Below are positions 12,501-27,500 of a stretch of 55,222 nt of DNA, piece after piece. The notes under the pieces were generated by a model. The model had not been told where the DNA came from and did no database searches. It was given only the letters and a program-made list of their open reading frames with translations. Where the stretch lies: contig MQRK01250361.1 of the NCBI GenBank assembly GCA_001938485.1, forward strand, positions 14,379 through 69,600. The letters are read 5' to 3'. Both the position numbers and the translations under genes were made by a program. The stretch's first letter is position 1, and each line of letters begins with the position of its first letter. Source of the DNA: Girardia tigrina. Lineage: Eukaryota.

Positions 12501-15500
12501 ATATATAACATTCACAAAGACGAGTCATTATGAACTGAAGGATGTCAATACAAGTTATAGTAATGAAATGAAAATAATGGACTACAGAAGCTTGTAAAAC
12601 ATATTTTCAAATAGAATTGTTGGGTGATTTCACGCAGCATTTTCGCATATTCAAAAAATCACATCATAGACATTGGGATCACAAGTAGCTTAAATAGATT
12701 ATAAAGGTATTCCTACTTTTTCATCCACTTGAATGATAGCTAAGTTTCTTTTAGTCATGATTAGTTTTAAATAAATGCATTGTAAAATAGTTCTTAGAAC
12801 TCTACAATTAGTATTCCTTCATCGACAGACCATTTAATATCATTTTCTACTTGTGAAGGAAATATAATCTTAAATATGGACAAAAGTCCTTTGAAATGTA
12901 CATATCGAAATATCGTGTCCTTTTAACTTAAATTCATATAGCTATATTGTTCTGCACAACAAGGAGAACGATTTCACGAATTCGACAATAGATATTTTCG
13001 CACATATTAAAGTCAATTACTTATTTACTTTTGTTCTATAAAATAGTAAACAATCAATTCCGACTTTTAAAATTGCAATTTTGTCAAATTGAAGTCACGT
13101 AAACTAAATTAAAATTAAAATCCTGCACACAGATAATATTATAATTAATTTCAAATTATCATGGTGCAATTATGATTGTGACAGTTACGTCATTGTGTCA
13201 TTTATGCAAGATCGCACAGTGATGTCACTGTTCTTCTCCAGGAGTTGGCGAAATCTGTCTGGAGTAAACAGTTTTGAGATTACTAAAAGAATATTTAATT
13301 TCAAGACGGGTACCATGCAAATACAGGAAGAATTTTGTTTCAATGGTTTACAATTCATCATTGTTATACAATCTATAGCATAGACCATTCTTATTTTAGT
13401 TCCAATAAAAATCAAAATAGCGAAACATGATTTGTATTTTTTTGGAAAATCTTTTAAAATAAATTTTGATATTCGCATAGATTTGGTAAAAACTGTTTGA
13501 CCTTGAGCGAGAAGATGATAATATCTAATAAATTCCACAGTTCGCATAGTGAAGCAAGATTAACTTGAAAAAATCATAATTCTTCATTAATGTTGTGTTC
13601 TTGCAGCTTCCACAGGGATCTAAAATCGCACTCGGTTTTGATTGCTCCCAAAAAAGCTTCAATATTGAATATTTTCAACTATTACAATTATAATTGAATA
13701 AAATAAAGTTTTCAATTATTTTTTTAACGATTTTATGTGATTATTATTTTGTCGGCAATAAAAATTCAATTGAAAAAAGATATTAATAAAAAAGCAAGTG
13801 GTGATTCAAACGAAGGACGATCAAAACATGTTTTATAGTAATGTTGTAAAAGTAGTTTTGTTCAAAATACATTAATGTTCACCAGTCTATACATATAATG
13901 TGCCTTCATATTGATGACATTTAAAAAGTGAAAGGGTTAGGTAATATTAATATCATAATCTGATCAGATATTTTTTCTACGGGTTTCAAGATGGTACCAA
14001 TGAAAACAAGTTGTAGAGTACAGATGTACTTAATATAAAATATGTCTATAAATTCATGTTTATAATAAAAATATTCTTTAATAGGTAATAAAGTAACAAA
14101 TTTCATATGAAGCATTACCAAAAATATAAATTAAGATAATTTATGAACTTTCATTTCAATTATAAAAATTATCCATTAAAATCTAATCAGTAATGAAAAA
14201 TAATGAACTAAAACAGAAGCAAACAAGAAATCTAGTCTAGGTCTAACTGACCTCGGTACAGGTTGGGTTGGTTGAATATTTTTCATTTCATGATCATCTT
14301 AGATACAAATATTTATTTCGTAATTGTTATTTACATTATTTATACCACTTATGTTTAATTTCCTTATGGTTTAAAAATAATTTAATTTAATTTTAAAGTA
14401 AAAAGATTTAAAATAATTTTTGAATGTATTATTTATTTTTTAATGTAATTTAAAATTTTAATATTTAAATCTTTTATTTCCTCATACAAGTCGACTTTTG
14501 TATCAAACGAATAAATATTTTAGTCTGACAGAGCTTTGATAATTTTTAGCTTCTTTGAAGAAATTAAAATGCTCTTAATTTTTTAGTGAGAAGAAAAAAG
14601 GATTCAACACTCAGAAAATGATTATTCGTAAAAGATACCGATGATATATTTGAAGAAATATTTAAATTGTAGAACGTTATCTTTGATGATTTAACTAAAT
14701 AAGGGGTTCATAAAAAAGCTAAAATGACAAATCAAATGAATGGCTATAAGGAATAAGGTCGACCCACTGTATTACAATTAACACATACCTGGTCTGGATT
14801 TTACTAAATAAAAACTTTTTTTACTCAATAATAGGTCTACAAAAAACAAGTACAAAACATGAATGAAATAAGTCAATGATATTGGTAACTTTCTATTTGA
14901 AACCTGCAGAACAGTAGAGAAAAATTAGTTTCTTCTAATATCAAGCAAAAGTTGAATATATAACACATTCACGAGACTAAGAAAAAGGATTAAGGATTGA
15001 AAAATTCCTTAATCCTTAAAAAATGTTCAAATCACACTCCAATTCTATTAACAACATCAATATGAGTTTTGCAACATTTATTAATATCACAAGCCAATTC
15101 ACTATTTGACATCTCTCTTGATCAATTTATTTCTGAGTTCACACTAATTATTTTCAATAAATGAAAATCTATTAATAAAAATTATTAATTATAAAGTATC
15201 TAATTGGTTGAAATTAAATTTAAACATTTTTTTAAAAAAAAGAACATATTAAATTTATATTAAAATTTTAAATTACATTAAAAAATAAATAATACATTCA
15301 AAAATGATTTTAAATCTTTTTACTTTAAAATTAAATTATTTTTAATTAGTAAGAATCATAGAAAATACCAATCATCCATCTGTGTAGGAGAGGCACAATC
15401 CGAATCAACAAAAAACGTGTACAATATCAATACACAATTCAAAACATTCCTCACATCCCCCTCAGTTTAAATGGCTTTAGCCATTCAACATTTCTAATCA

Positions 15501-18500
15501 AAGTTCTACCATCTTCGAGCTGTAACTTATAACTCCTTTCGTGATTTCGTTTCAACACAATTGCCGGACCTATGTAACGGTCATCTTCTTTTGATATATT
15601 TTCTTTTTTTATCAACACTCTGTCTCCAACTTCAAAAACTCTTCTTGTCTCCACATTTTGTTCGACATTAACTTGGTTTCCGTTAGTTTCTTTATTGTTC
15701 TTCCACCAATGTCTTAATCGTCTCCAAAATATTATTTCAGCCGGTGAAACACCTGTCGTAGCTTGAACTGTACTATTCAACATAAATTCTATTTCCAACA
15801 AAACTTCTGTCCAATTTCTGTGGTTTCCGTCCTTCATTCTAATATTTATAGCATCTCTGATTGTTCGAAATTATCTTTCCACAATCCCATTTGTATTATG
15901 ATGATATGGACTTGAATAGATTATCTCGACTTTGAACCTTTTAACTGTATCTTTGAACAAAGCCGATTCAAATGTTTTTCCTCTATCAACATGGATTTCT
16001 TTTGGAGGTCCAAATTTCCATATCCATGTGTCCAATATAACTCTACGAACTGTTTTTTTCATCTTGACTAGCAACTACATTCAGGCTAATATATCTACTG
16101 AATTGGTCTACTATTCCAAGTACGTATTGATATCTGTTTATGTTTCTTTTGAATGGTCCGTGGAAGTCCATGTATATTTTCTGGAAAGGTTCATCTGCCG
16201 ACAACTTTATATGTTTTTCTTTCGTTTTCGCTGTTAATGTCTTTGTTTTTTGACAATATAAACAACTTTGAACTATTTATTTAATAAAATTTCTCATATT
16301 TTCCATGTCAAAATCTTCTCGAAGATAGTTATAGACTTTTTTACTACAAGCATGGCATAATAGTTTGTGCATATCTTTAATAAAATCTGTTCGTTTTTCT
16401 TTTGGGATCCAGTATTTATTGTCCTGAGTTGCCACGATGTCATTTTTAGTGTCCATTTCATCGTTTTCTCTTTTCTGATATCTTCAACAATTTGTTTAAT
16501 TTCTTCATTATTCTTTTCCATTCATTTTTTCTGGCATACGGAAAGAGACCAAGGTCTCTTTCTTTAAATCTTTTCTTGTTCATGTAGCATTGCGTCCTGA
16601 TATGGTCATTTTTATTGCAATAAGAACACTTTATATTTGGACAGTTTCTTCTGATGTGTCCTTCTTCGTGGCATGCCCAGCATTTAACAACTTTTGAATA
16701 GTTATTTCTCGGTTTGCATTCATTATTTCTTTGATTAGTGTACCTATTTTCGAAATTTCTGTGTTGGTTTCGTTCTTTATAGTGTGGTTTACGTTTGCCT
16801 ACCGTCTTCCATTCATCATGTTTACCTACCGTATTGTATGCCGCACACTTTCTTCTTTTTCCATTTTGCGTAATTCATACATATTTGAAATTACCTCTTT
16901 TATCTCCTTTGTTTCGGTAGCTCCTCTCAATTTCAATTCTCTTTTCACCTCATAATCGTCAACCATATTCATGCAAACAAGGTTGAGCAGCTTTTTCTTA
17001 GAAAGTTAGCTTTCTGTTATTATCGTTACTAATTATTCGGCTTTTTTGAAAGTTTCTTCTGGATCTGAAGATCCCTACCGGAGATTTAAAATATCCTTCA
17101 TTGTGTCGAGCAGAGATTTTTCTTTCACAAATGCCGTTTTCAGTTTTTCTTTAAATGTATTTCCATCTGCTTCTGAAAATTTTGTGATTGCTGATGGAGT
17201 CATGAAGATCGTCACCATCAATAATCTTCTATCTTCTGTTATTAGCATCGGTTTGCAGGCAGTTTTAAACCGATGGTGACATTTAAAAACACGCAAAATG
17301 TTGTAGCAACTCGATAAGTGTACTTTGTCAAAAAATAACACCACTTCGCTCAATGGGACAAGTCGGTTAATAGGACAAGTTGGGCTTGGTACAAATGTGG
17401 TCCTATTAAGCGGCTTACACTGTATTTTATATTTTTAATGAATTTACAACTCTAAATAAACGAATTTAGTCATTAATAAACGGATTTATTGATTAAATAA
17501 TGGATAATTAACAACCCTGCTAATATATAAATGTATATCTATATGTATATATAACCAGAATAACTAAACTTTTAAAAATTCAAAAAATATGTAATGCAAA
17601 ATGATACAAAAACCATATCAAAATAATTGCCAAAAGAATTATTATTAGAAATGAAAAACAAATCTTACTATGAAATCTAAACAATTTACTGACAATGAGG
17701 AAAAAATTGTTCATCAAAGGAACACATTGTGGTAAATGTACCAAACTGGAAATGATTAATTCTAACACCGGAATCATACGGAGCACCAAATGATTATAAT
17801 ACTGAGGTAAAACGATCATATTAGCGTTTCCTGAGTTTGTTATTTCTGGTAATTTCTTATGTAATGTCAAATGGATTTGGTGCCAATTATCCGCATGACA
17901 AGGATTACCATGGACGTTAGGATATTGATCGCAAAGAAAGTTGATAGCGTGAATAAATGCAGGCCATTTGACAAACATGTCATTGATTAAATGAAACACT
18001 ACTCGCCAAGTGTCATTTGAAAAATTACGATTAATAAGAAATAGAAGAAATCTATCGAGAGGAATGATATTGTATTTAAAGATGAACGTTTCTAAAGCTT
18101 CCATAATTTTATCTATAGAGTAGACATTGTCATACGACTGGGTACTGTGTAGAGCGACATTGGCAATCACATAGTCACACAAAACCCTTAGACTTTGATC
18201 GGAAATTCGTCGATTTGGTTGATCTGTCATTGAAACAACTTGAGTATTAACATTCCTCCATTCCAATATCAATTTTAATATGGCACAATATAAATACTGA
18301 GACCCTGAAATTTTCCTCCAGTCTAATTTCATGTTCTGATAATTACAGTTTGGAGATATTAAATTTTCTACCTGAGCAATAATATTCTCAAACTCCTGTT
18401 TATTGGACATTGATAATGTAAATATTCCAAACCCAGTACTGTGCGAGTCCCCAATATGGGTAGAAATATTTGTATTTTCATTTGATGTAGATGTTATAAG

Positions 18501-21500
18501 ACCATTTAAATTGACCAATAAAGATTCTGGGATTTCTTTAATTTGTAATTGCGTAAATCTAATAAGTCCACTAGAGCTACCATTACCTGACAGAGTTTGT
18601 TGGTAAATTTTAATACTCTCTGTGATGAACGTTTTCCAGGATAACATTTCTTCCATTTCATAAGCTTTATACACTTGGATTAACGTCATCATTACGTATT
18701 TATTGACCTCATCTGTGTCACCTATAATCCTCTGACGAATTATTTTATTTGGGTTTGGATTATTCATTTTTGAAGGTACGGTATGGGTACTCAAACCATA
18801 TAGAAATAGATCAGGCTTCTGAAAAAATCTGGACAATTGCAAAAGACTTGAGTCTATTTGGAACTGTATTTGAAGGGGTAAGTCAGAAGTGACACTGAGA
18901 TTCATTGTAATACCAAACCAGAGGTTCGTTGTCATTTCAGGAGTAAGATAGTAACTGCATCGGTAGATAAGTAAATCAAGCATAGTAAAAAATAGTCGTT
19001 TCTCTGTTACTTTATTTCCTGGAGAGGATTGTCCATTGGTTTGATTTAACGGAGTTATAAGACTCTTTCCTCGAAGAATAAAAATCTTTTCTATAAAGAA
19101 GTTTAAATTTTGAATATCCATTTCTCTGTGCAAAATAATGCGGCAAAAAGATTCGATTATTTGTGGGGAAATGCTATTTATATTTTGAGGTTCGGAGAAT
19201 AGAGAGACCATTAGTAGTTGATTGAAAATAAAACGGACATGAACTGACATTGTTGATATAATTTCATTTGGTATAAGCACAGGTTTTCCGTGACCCCTGA
19301 TATCATAGGGTAAGACGAATGAAGGGATATCACTCATATTTGATTGATCCATTACGATCGGTAAAGAGGAAGATTGGTGCGATTTGATACCCCATAAAAA
19401 TTCATTTATTCGACCAATTAGTAAATTTATCTCATTTTTTGTACTAAATGTATTTAATATCATGATCAACTCATGCCAATTCATTCCAGAGAGAACATTT
19501 AGGCACTCATATCCTTCTAATTTGGTGATCTCATGAGTAACTACTTCAAACATTGGTTGAAGACCCGGTGGCAGATGGCGCGGTAAATTCGTTGGAAGAG
19601 ATTTACTTTTCCTTAATAAATGCATCCACAATACCAATGGACCTGTATTTAAAAAATACGACAACATTCCATTTGGAGGGTAGTCATTTACGTATTCATT
19701 TTCAAGATTTCCACGTTTCAATGAACTACCATCACCAAATGATTTTAAAGCTTCACGAATATCATCACTCCAAGTTTTATCACTTGATGGATATAATATG
19801 TCGAAAAATTTGAGACACGGCACAAAATCTTCTAGCTAAATTATCAAATATTGTTATTCAAAATAATTAAGAATTAAATAACATTGATAAAATAATATAA
19901 TTATTGTCCTAATAGTTAGCAATTAATTGAATAATTGAAGGAAATATGATGATAACAATTAAAGATAAAAATATCATCAGTCGTTAGTGAACTAAAATTA
20001 AATATTTTGGCCTCATTAGCTGAATTTTTGCGATTATCATTTTTCAGGAGCTGACTTTTATTTGCGTTTATCGCTGGATATATTTAAAAAGACAGATTTA
20101 ACCAAAAGGATAATTTCAAAAATACGACACGATATAACGATGTCAAGAAACGAGTTATTATTGAGCGAATTTTTGAATAAAATGACGGAACATTTCGATG
20201 ATTTATTTATCAAATGAAATCACACTTTGTGTCCTAATAGTATAGCTAAATCGATAGAAGTGATCCTGCATAATTAATAAGCAAATTAAATTTTAAAAGG
20301 ATAAGTTTTTTCTGCATGTTCTGGAAGTCAATATCCATGATCAGTGATATCTCCAGTCACTCATGTTACTAGCATTGAGTTGTCTTGTAACACCTATACG
20401 GCAACTTATGATAAACCTCTTTCTAATTTACATTCTTTTCCTTTGGACCATGATTGCCATACCGAAACCTTGCGCATAGACACACAACATATGGTAATTA
20501 ATGTACGTGTTACAGCAGCATCCTTGGAAAGGATGCAACATGTTACCTCCTCAACCAACAATCTGCTTATTCTCACCCAACGTGAATTAAATTCTGGACA
20601 ACTTAACACCTTAACTTAACAACAATACAAATAAACATGTACATCATCCACCAATATATCTGTATGGAAAACATTCACAAAGATATCAGTGATTTATGAC
20701 CATTCACGATTTTTTGATAATATAACACGGCGGACAGTTTTATTTGTATGACTTTATTGATTCGCAAATGAAATTTCAATTAAATCCTTAAATGTTAATT
20801 GAACATCGCGATGTACTCTTATAGCTATTTTGTTAACATCTTGACACATGTACTAACTATAAGTTAATTTGAAAATAAGTATAATCATACCAAAAAAATT
20901 TTTGGTGTACAAGCTTTTATAATTTGTCATATGTTTGCGGTTCTGTATCTATTTCACCCACTTCCCATATTTTTCTGACTGAATTATCAAAGCCTATTAG
21001 CCGAAAACCCGCTTTCTATTTGCATTTAGATGTAGCAAATTTCAAAGCCTACTACTGAGGAAAACATGAGAACGACACTTTAATTACTTTTTGTGGCCAA
21101 ACTAAAGGCGGTAGATGAGCAGTGACAGTGAAAAAAGTGTATCGTCACCTAGAATACATCAGTCCTGAAAGTTTCATGTCGCTAGGTGAATGGGAAGTGG
21201 GTGAATTTTCGATCGCAAGATTTGATGCATCCAGATAGACAAACAAATGAAACGTAATAAAAGCTTGTAAAAAATTTGAAGTTTTTGTGAATAAAAACAA
21301 TTTCAATGGACAAAAAATGGTAATTTTGATATTTTAATCTTCAAAATATAAATTTATTGTATTGAAAACAAAGAAATGAAAAATAAAATTTTAGATTGAA
21401 TAGTGATTGAGAAAGCCTTTTCTATATTGAAATGGGGAAATAGAGAAGTGACTACATGGTGAAATCTCATTGATAATGAGATCTCATAAGGAGACCGTAC

Positions 21501-24500
21501 TTCAAGTACAGGAAACTCCCAACATAGGTAGGGAATAAAGTTTATGAAGCATATTATGTTCTTCTTTTGTATTTAATACAAACTAGGTCAAAATAGAGTT
21601 AACATTAGTAAGAAATTAGCGTTATATTTATTTTTCTTTAATTCATACATGAGTCAAAGAAAACAATTATAATTCTTTTTAATGTTTTTAATAATTGTTT
21701 ATATTTTGTGTCATGTTCTTTAAAAATACTTTAAATTAAAACCTGGTAACTATTTATTGTCCACATCTCGTGTTTGAATGGCAATATTATTGAAATCAGT
21801 ATTCATATTCTTTTAAAAAAATCAAAGACTTTTAATTACAAATATGCATGCAAATTTTAAAATTTAATTACATTACAATAAAATAATTAAACATACTTTA
21901 CATACATCTTGAAACATAATGATCATTATATCATCATACTTCTGTATGACTTTACTGATCTATATCTATTCAAATTAATTTCCGTCTTCTTTTGACAGAA
22001 AATGAATCATACAAAAAAGCATAAAAATTTAATAAAAATATATGATTTACAAAATAAGTGTAAAATATTTTGTATTATAATTATAAATATTTATGTTGTT
22101 TGTTTTTATTTTTTTGGTCGAAACGTTGATCAAAACACATGCATATTGATTCAATTTGTCAATAGAAAATGAATGTGAAGGTTGGTCAAGGCGTAAATTT
22201 TTTCATCGCTGAAAAGTCGAAGATGGCCAGCCATATTGTACTTCATGGACGACTGGAGAAGGATGCATTTCGCCAGTCGTCGGTCTTTAGTAGCATCTAT
22301 TAACAACTGGTGGATTTACAGAACGTATGAATGTTAGCGCAGATCGTCATGAGTGACACTGTGGATGGTTTGGACGCCAACCTGCAGTTAAGATCAAGAT
22401 CACACATCGACACTGACGGTTCAACATCGATACTCTGCTGTTACTACTCCAAGAAGGTAGAACTGCACTTCGGACACTGATCGATTGTGTGTCTTCTTAC
22501 TGGACGCCCTCTTCTTTCTTATCATCAGCCATTTCTTCTCGATCCGATATACGGTCGCTTTTGGGGGCTTAGTGAAGTTGATTATTTTAGTCGACGCAAA
22601 GGCAAACAAAAACAGTGGTGCTACACTCTTGCTTAGTTGATATTGTTGAAATTTTTTCAGTGTAAATGATTCTAGAGTATTAGACAAAGTCTACCTAAAA
22701 TGTTACTCCGTCTGCTCAAAAAATACGGCTTTTATACAAATTCAAAATCTGTTTTAATTAAAACGGAACACCCAGTATAGGGTAATTATCACTTTAACAT
22801 TAAAGATAATTAATAATTAAATATAAATGTGAGGAATATTTTTGAGTGGTGCTTATTATATAAGGTAGTTTAAAAAATAATGTCATTTTTTAATCTTAAT
22901 CTTTAAAGACAAATATCTCAGCGTAGAATCAACTTTATTAATCGAAATAAAACCGTTAGCGCCAATACACTTTTGCCAACGTTGCACAAGTTTATTTATT
23001 CCGGTTGCATAAAATTCTGGCTTTCTGGAGGCGATGAAATCGTTGAAGGCAGTTTTAGCATCCCCTTGATTTTTGAAGTATTTCTCCTGGAGGAAAATGT
23101 CAAGATGTTTGAAAAAGTGATAATCAGTAGGCGAGAGGTCAGGTGAGAATGGTGGATGACTCAAAGTTTCGTAGCCAAGTTCGTTAAACAGTTGCATTGT
23201 CAGACATGCGATGTGAACCCGAGAGTTGTCGTGAAGAATAGGTCCCTTCCTATTGACTAATGCTGGTTGTTGTTGTTGGAATTTCTGGTTCATTTTGACA
23301 ATTTCCTGACAGTATCTCTCTGACGTAATTGTTTCTCCTGGATTTAGGAAGCTATGATGAATAACCCCGGCTGCAGACCACCAAACAGTCACCATCATCT
23401 TTTTTGGTGAAATTTCGGCTTAGGAAATGGTTGCGAGCTTGATCGTGGTTCAACCATTGAGAAGAACGTCTCCGATTGTCATAGAGAATCCACTTTTCAT
23501 CACACGTTACAATTCGATCCAGAAACGGATCATACTTGTTCCGCAGAAGCAGTGAAGACGATGTCTCAAAATGAGACATTTTTGATTGCCATTTAATTCG
23601 TATGGAATCCATTTATCCAGATTTTTCGACTTCATAATGTCACGCAGATGGTTTGAAATTGTTCCTATCGTGACACCTAGTTCCTCCACAAGCTATCGAA
23701 CTGTTGTGCGTGGATTAGCTTCTACTAGTCTTCAAATTTTCATTTTCAATAGCAGGTTTCCGTCCACGGCCATCATCATCTTTGAGGGTCTCATCTCCTT
23801 CTTGAATTTTTTTGAACCAATGTTGTAACATACGTTCGTTTGTGACTACATCGCCCAATTATATTACGGGCGGCCTCCAATGCTTTGTGGCCAAGTTTGA
23901 ATTCATATAAAAAATTTCCTCGTAATTGCACTTTTGTATATTGACAGCTATTTAGATAAACACGTTATATTAAAGTTAATATTTAAACAAAGTATCATAG
24001 AAATATAGTCTTTCATAAGCTTTAAAATTATGTCTAAAACATAAATAAAGAATTATTTCAAAACATGATCAAAAATCAGGACCATTCAAAAAACGACATT
24101 ATTTTTTAAACAACCTAATATGTTGTTTTAGGATTTTATACTTTAAATATTTTAAAGCGTCAGATTATTTAATAAATTTTAAAATGCAAATAAAAAACTT
24201 TAAAATTAAATTAATGTATCATAAATAATATATTTTTAAAATAATTAAAATTATTTTGTAATTTAAATTATTTTAAAATCAAAATGTAAATTGAATTGCA
24301 ATTTCAATTTGTTTGAAAAATAAGACGTTTAGAAATAGAATTTTAAAATTTATCATTCAAGAACGAAGACTAGTTCTCGACTAGTTTTGTGGAGAATTGT
24401 CCTAGTGGCAATTCAAATTGTGATATAAATAAATGTATTGAAAATCCAATTAACGGATAACATGAAATAGTAGGACACCTACTATTTTAATAGTAGGTGG

Positions 24501-27500
24501 AAAAAAAATTGAAAAGGCGCCCAATATTGGTTTACACCTACTATTTGGTGCTTTTGTTTTGAACTTGTCTTAAACTTGAAAAAAATACTATTTGATTCCA
24601 CCTACTATTTTAATAGTAGGTGGAAAATTTTTTGAAAACTTCATTACACCTACTATTTCATGTCCACCTACTATTTGATGTTATCCGTTAGTATTCTTAA
24701 TAATAAATATAATTTTAATTTAAAATATTAATCATAAAAGAACGATCTATTAATTACCAATAATTAAGTAGCAATAAGACAGAAATATTACCGTATTCTT
24801 GTTGATGAATCCGGAGGTGGCGTTGATAACGAACCACCAGATATATTTTCGAGACTTCATCCACAATCGATTGGCGGTCTGATGTGACAACAAATTTCAA
24901 GAAGAGCGTTTAAAGTACCATAATTTTTTCTCGATAAGAAACACTCACTTTAGCGTTAAGTTTAGCGAAAATCTCACTGAATCCGATAGACATTGTGTGG
25001 AGAAAATTTAGCACAGAGCAGACAAGATGCTCGATCATACCAATGATCCACTGCTGATGAATTGCCGGATTGTCACATGCCTCTATATGAATCATCACAT
25101 TGAAGATTAACTGAGCAAACGCGTTTTCCAAACCGCCATATTTAAAATTCTGCTTTAATTAATTATAATATAAGAAAATTAAAAGATGAAAATGATTAAT
25201 AAATAAATTAATAAACCCAGACTATCAAACTTCGAAAATAAAAGTTGTGAATTAATATTCTAAAATGTTAGCAAAATTTATATTTCTCAACATTACAGTC
25301 CTTTACAAAATTATATATATACCGTATTTTTTCGTATATAAGACCATCTTTTTGGCAAAATTTAATGAATATTTAAAAAGCGAATTTTTAAAAATTAGTA
25401 AATATTTGAAATAATTCTCCAACACAAAAGATTTCAATTTATTTTCTGGAATGAATTATGGGACTTTTTTTTAACTTTTTTCCAAAAATGCACACCCAAA
25501 AATAAGGGTGGATCTTATACACGGAAAAATACGGTCTATATTTTTTTTCAGTTAAAACCCTAGTATTTGTGTATTTTTTTACTGTGAATGACCGATTTTA
25601 TTTAAATTTACTATCAAGTTTTTCTTTCGATATGTGCTCCGAAAACTCTTATCATTTCAAGAATCTGAACACAATTTTGAAGCAGTAATGTTAATTAAAA
25701 TTTTCTGCAATGCGCAATTGTACTTCAAGTATCAAAGTGTTAATATTTATAATTACTCTGAGAGACGATCAACAGCTAAATGCAATTGATGAGTATTTCA
25801 AAGTATATATTCATCAAGTAAAAACTAATTCAAGCTCAAAAAATACTTGAATTCAAAGTAATAAATTTAAATATTATAAATTTTTCAATATTTTAAGTCA
25901 TCATATTTTGATACAATTAATAAATGAAAAATAAAAGACAACACTTTAAAGTTATTAACAAAATGTCTTTGTATAAAACTACGTTACAACTGTTTGAAAA
26001 CGATAATAAAAATTACAAATTCTAAAAAGACGATTTTCAAAGTGAGTCAGAAATTTCGCAGGGTTGTCTATGGGACATATTATTCTGTCTAGTCCAGTCC
26101 CATTCCGTGGAAATTTATGCATGTCCATCCCATGAAAATAACATTATTATGGACAAGCTTGCATATTACGTATTTTGCTGCATAATTCTGTGCTCTACAA
26201 CCTTTTTCCAGTCACGTCACACTTTTATAATTTAAGTTGCTAGTGATGCACTAAAACGTAATGTGATCACCTGATCTGTGTGTCCCACACAGAATGAATA
26301 ATAAATACAAGTATAAAAAGGGTCCGGAATGCTCTTAAAAAGTAAAAAAAAATATAAAATAAGGGTACCTCTGACGTAGATCCTGTTACTATGACATGGC
26401 TACTGTCCTATGGGAAATATAAATGTGTATAATCTCATCCCATACGAATACCGTTTCTATGAACAAACATGGCTATCTGTATTTATTTATCCGGTGTCTC
26501 ACTACAAATCGATAAAAGATACAAGTATATATAGAAAAAAGGAGAGTAGGAAGTTTTTAAAGGCAAAAAATAAAATAAATGAAAGCTCTGGGGCACATCA
26601 AATTAATGTGACATAGGTACTGTCCCATGAGAATAAAAATGGCTCCTAATTAAGTGATCATTAAAATAATAATAAATTAGCATTAATTTAATTATGAAAG
26701 GGTATTAACATAACAACAATAAAAAATATTTATTGAGCATTAATTTATTTTCAGACATACATTATTATTTTAAGATACTCCGACTCCGCAGCCCTGCTCA
26801 TTTATTAAAAATTAATGCTCATTTTATTATAAGTTAATAAAAATGCGTGCTGTCTGATCCCATGGACAACCCTGAATTAAAGGATATCTATATTTATTTA
26901 TCCAGTGTCTTACTACAAATCAAATAGATACAATCATATATAGAAAAACTTAAAATAGGATGCTCTTAAAAACAAAAAATATAAACTAAGGGTAAGTCTG
27001 ACATAGATTAAGTTACTATGACACATCTACTGTCCCATATGAAATAGAAATGTGTGCGGTCCCATCCCATCCTATCCTATTGGACGTTTCCCATAACATA
27101 ACAAAACAAAACGCCATTTCTCAATATTTTTATTTTTTAAAACTAGTTTAGTCTCCCCAGACATCGTCAGTTAAAATGAATATTCAGAAAAGTCTTTTAA
27201 ATTACTGGGTGTAGAGTAAAAATTTTGATACAGATTGTGAGATATTTGATACAGATCACTGAGGCATTATATATTAATTAATAAAAACCATGCTTGAATA
27301 TACAAAGCGATTTATAAAAATATGAAAATTACTAATGGTATAACGGTCAGAAAACCATTTAAAAGCAAGTTAACCAACTAAAAGATACGAAATCCTTTTA
27401 AAAAATGCAAACTCCTAATAGGATTACGTCTCCTTTTGCTTTAAAAATATATTAAACATTGGTTTTAGATGTTTATTGTGTACTTAAAACATTTAAACAA

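Noticed and set aside
20344-20619. Overlapping short ORFs in MED23 intron 9
   Set aside because: Not needed for the MED23 reading frame and no recognisable motif
22200-22420. Second RTE-like 3' tail
   Set aside because: Only a vague resemblance (IVLHGRLE, ADRHE); no tail or TSD found
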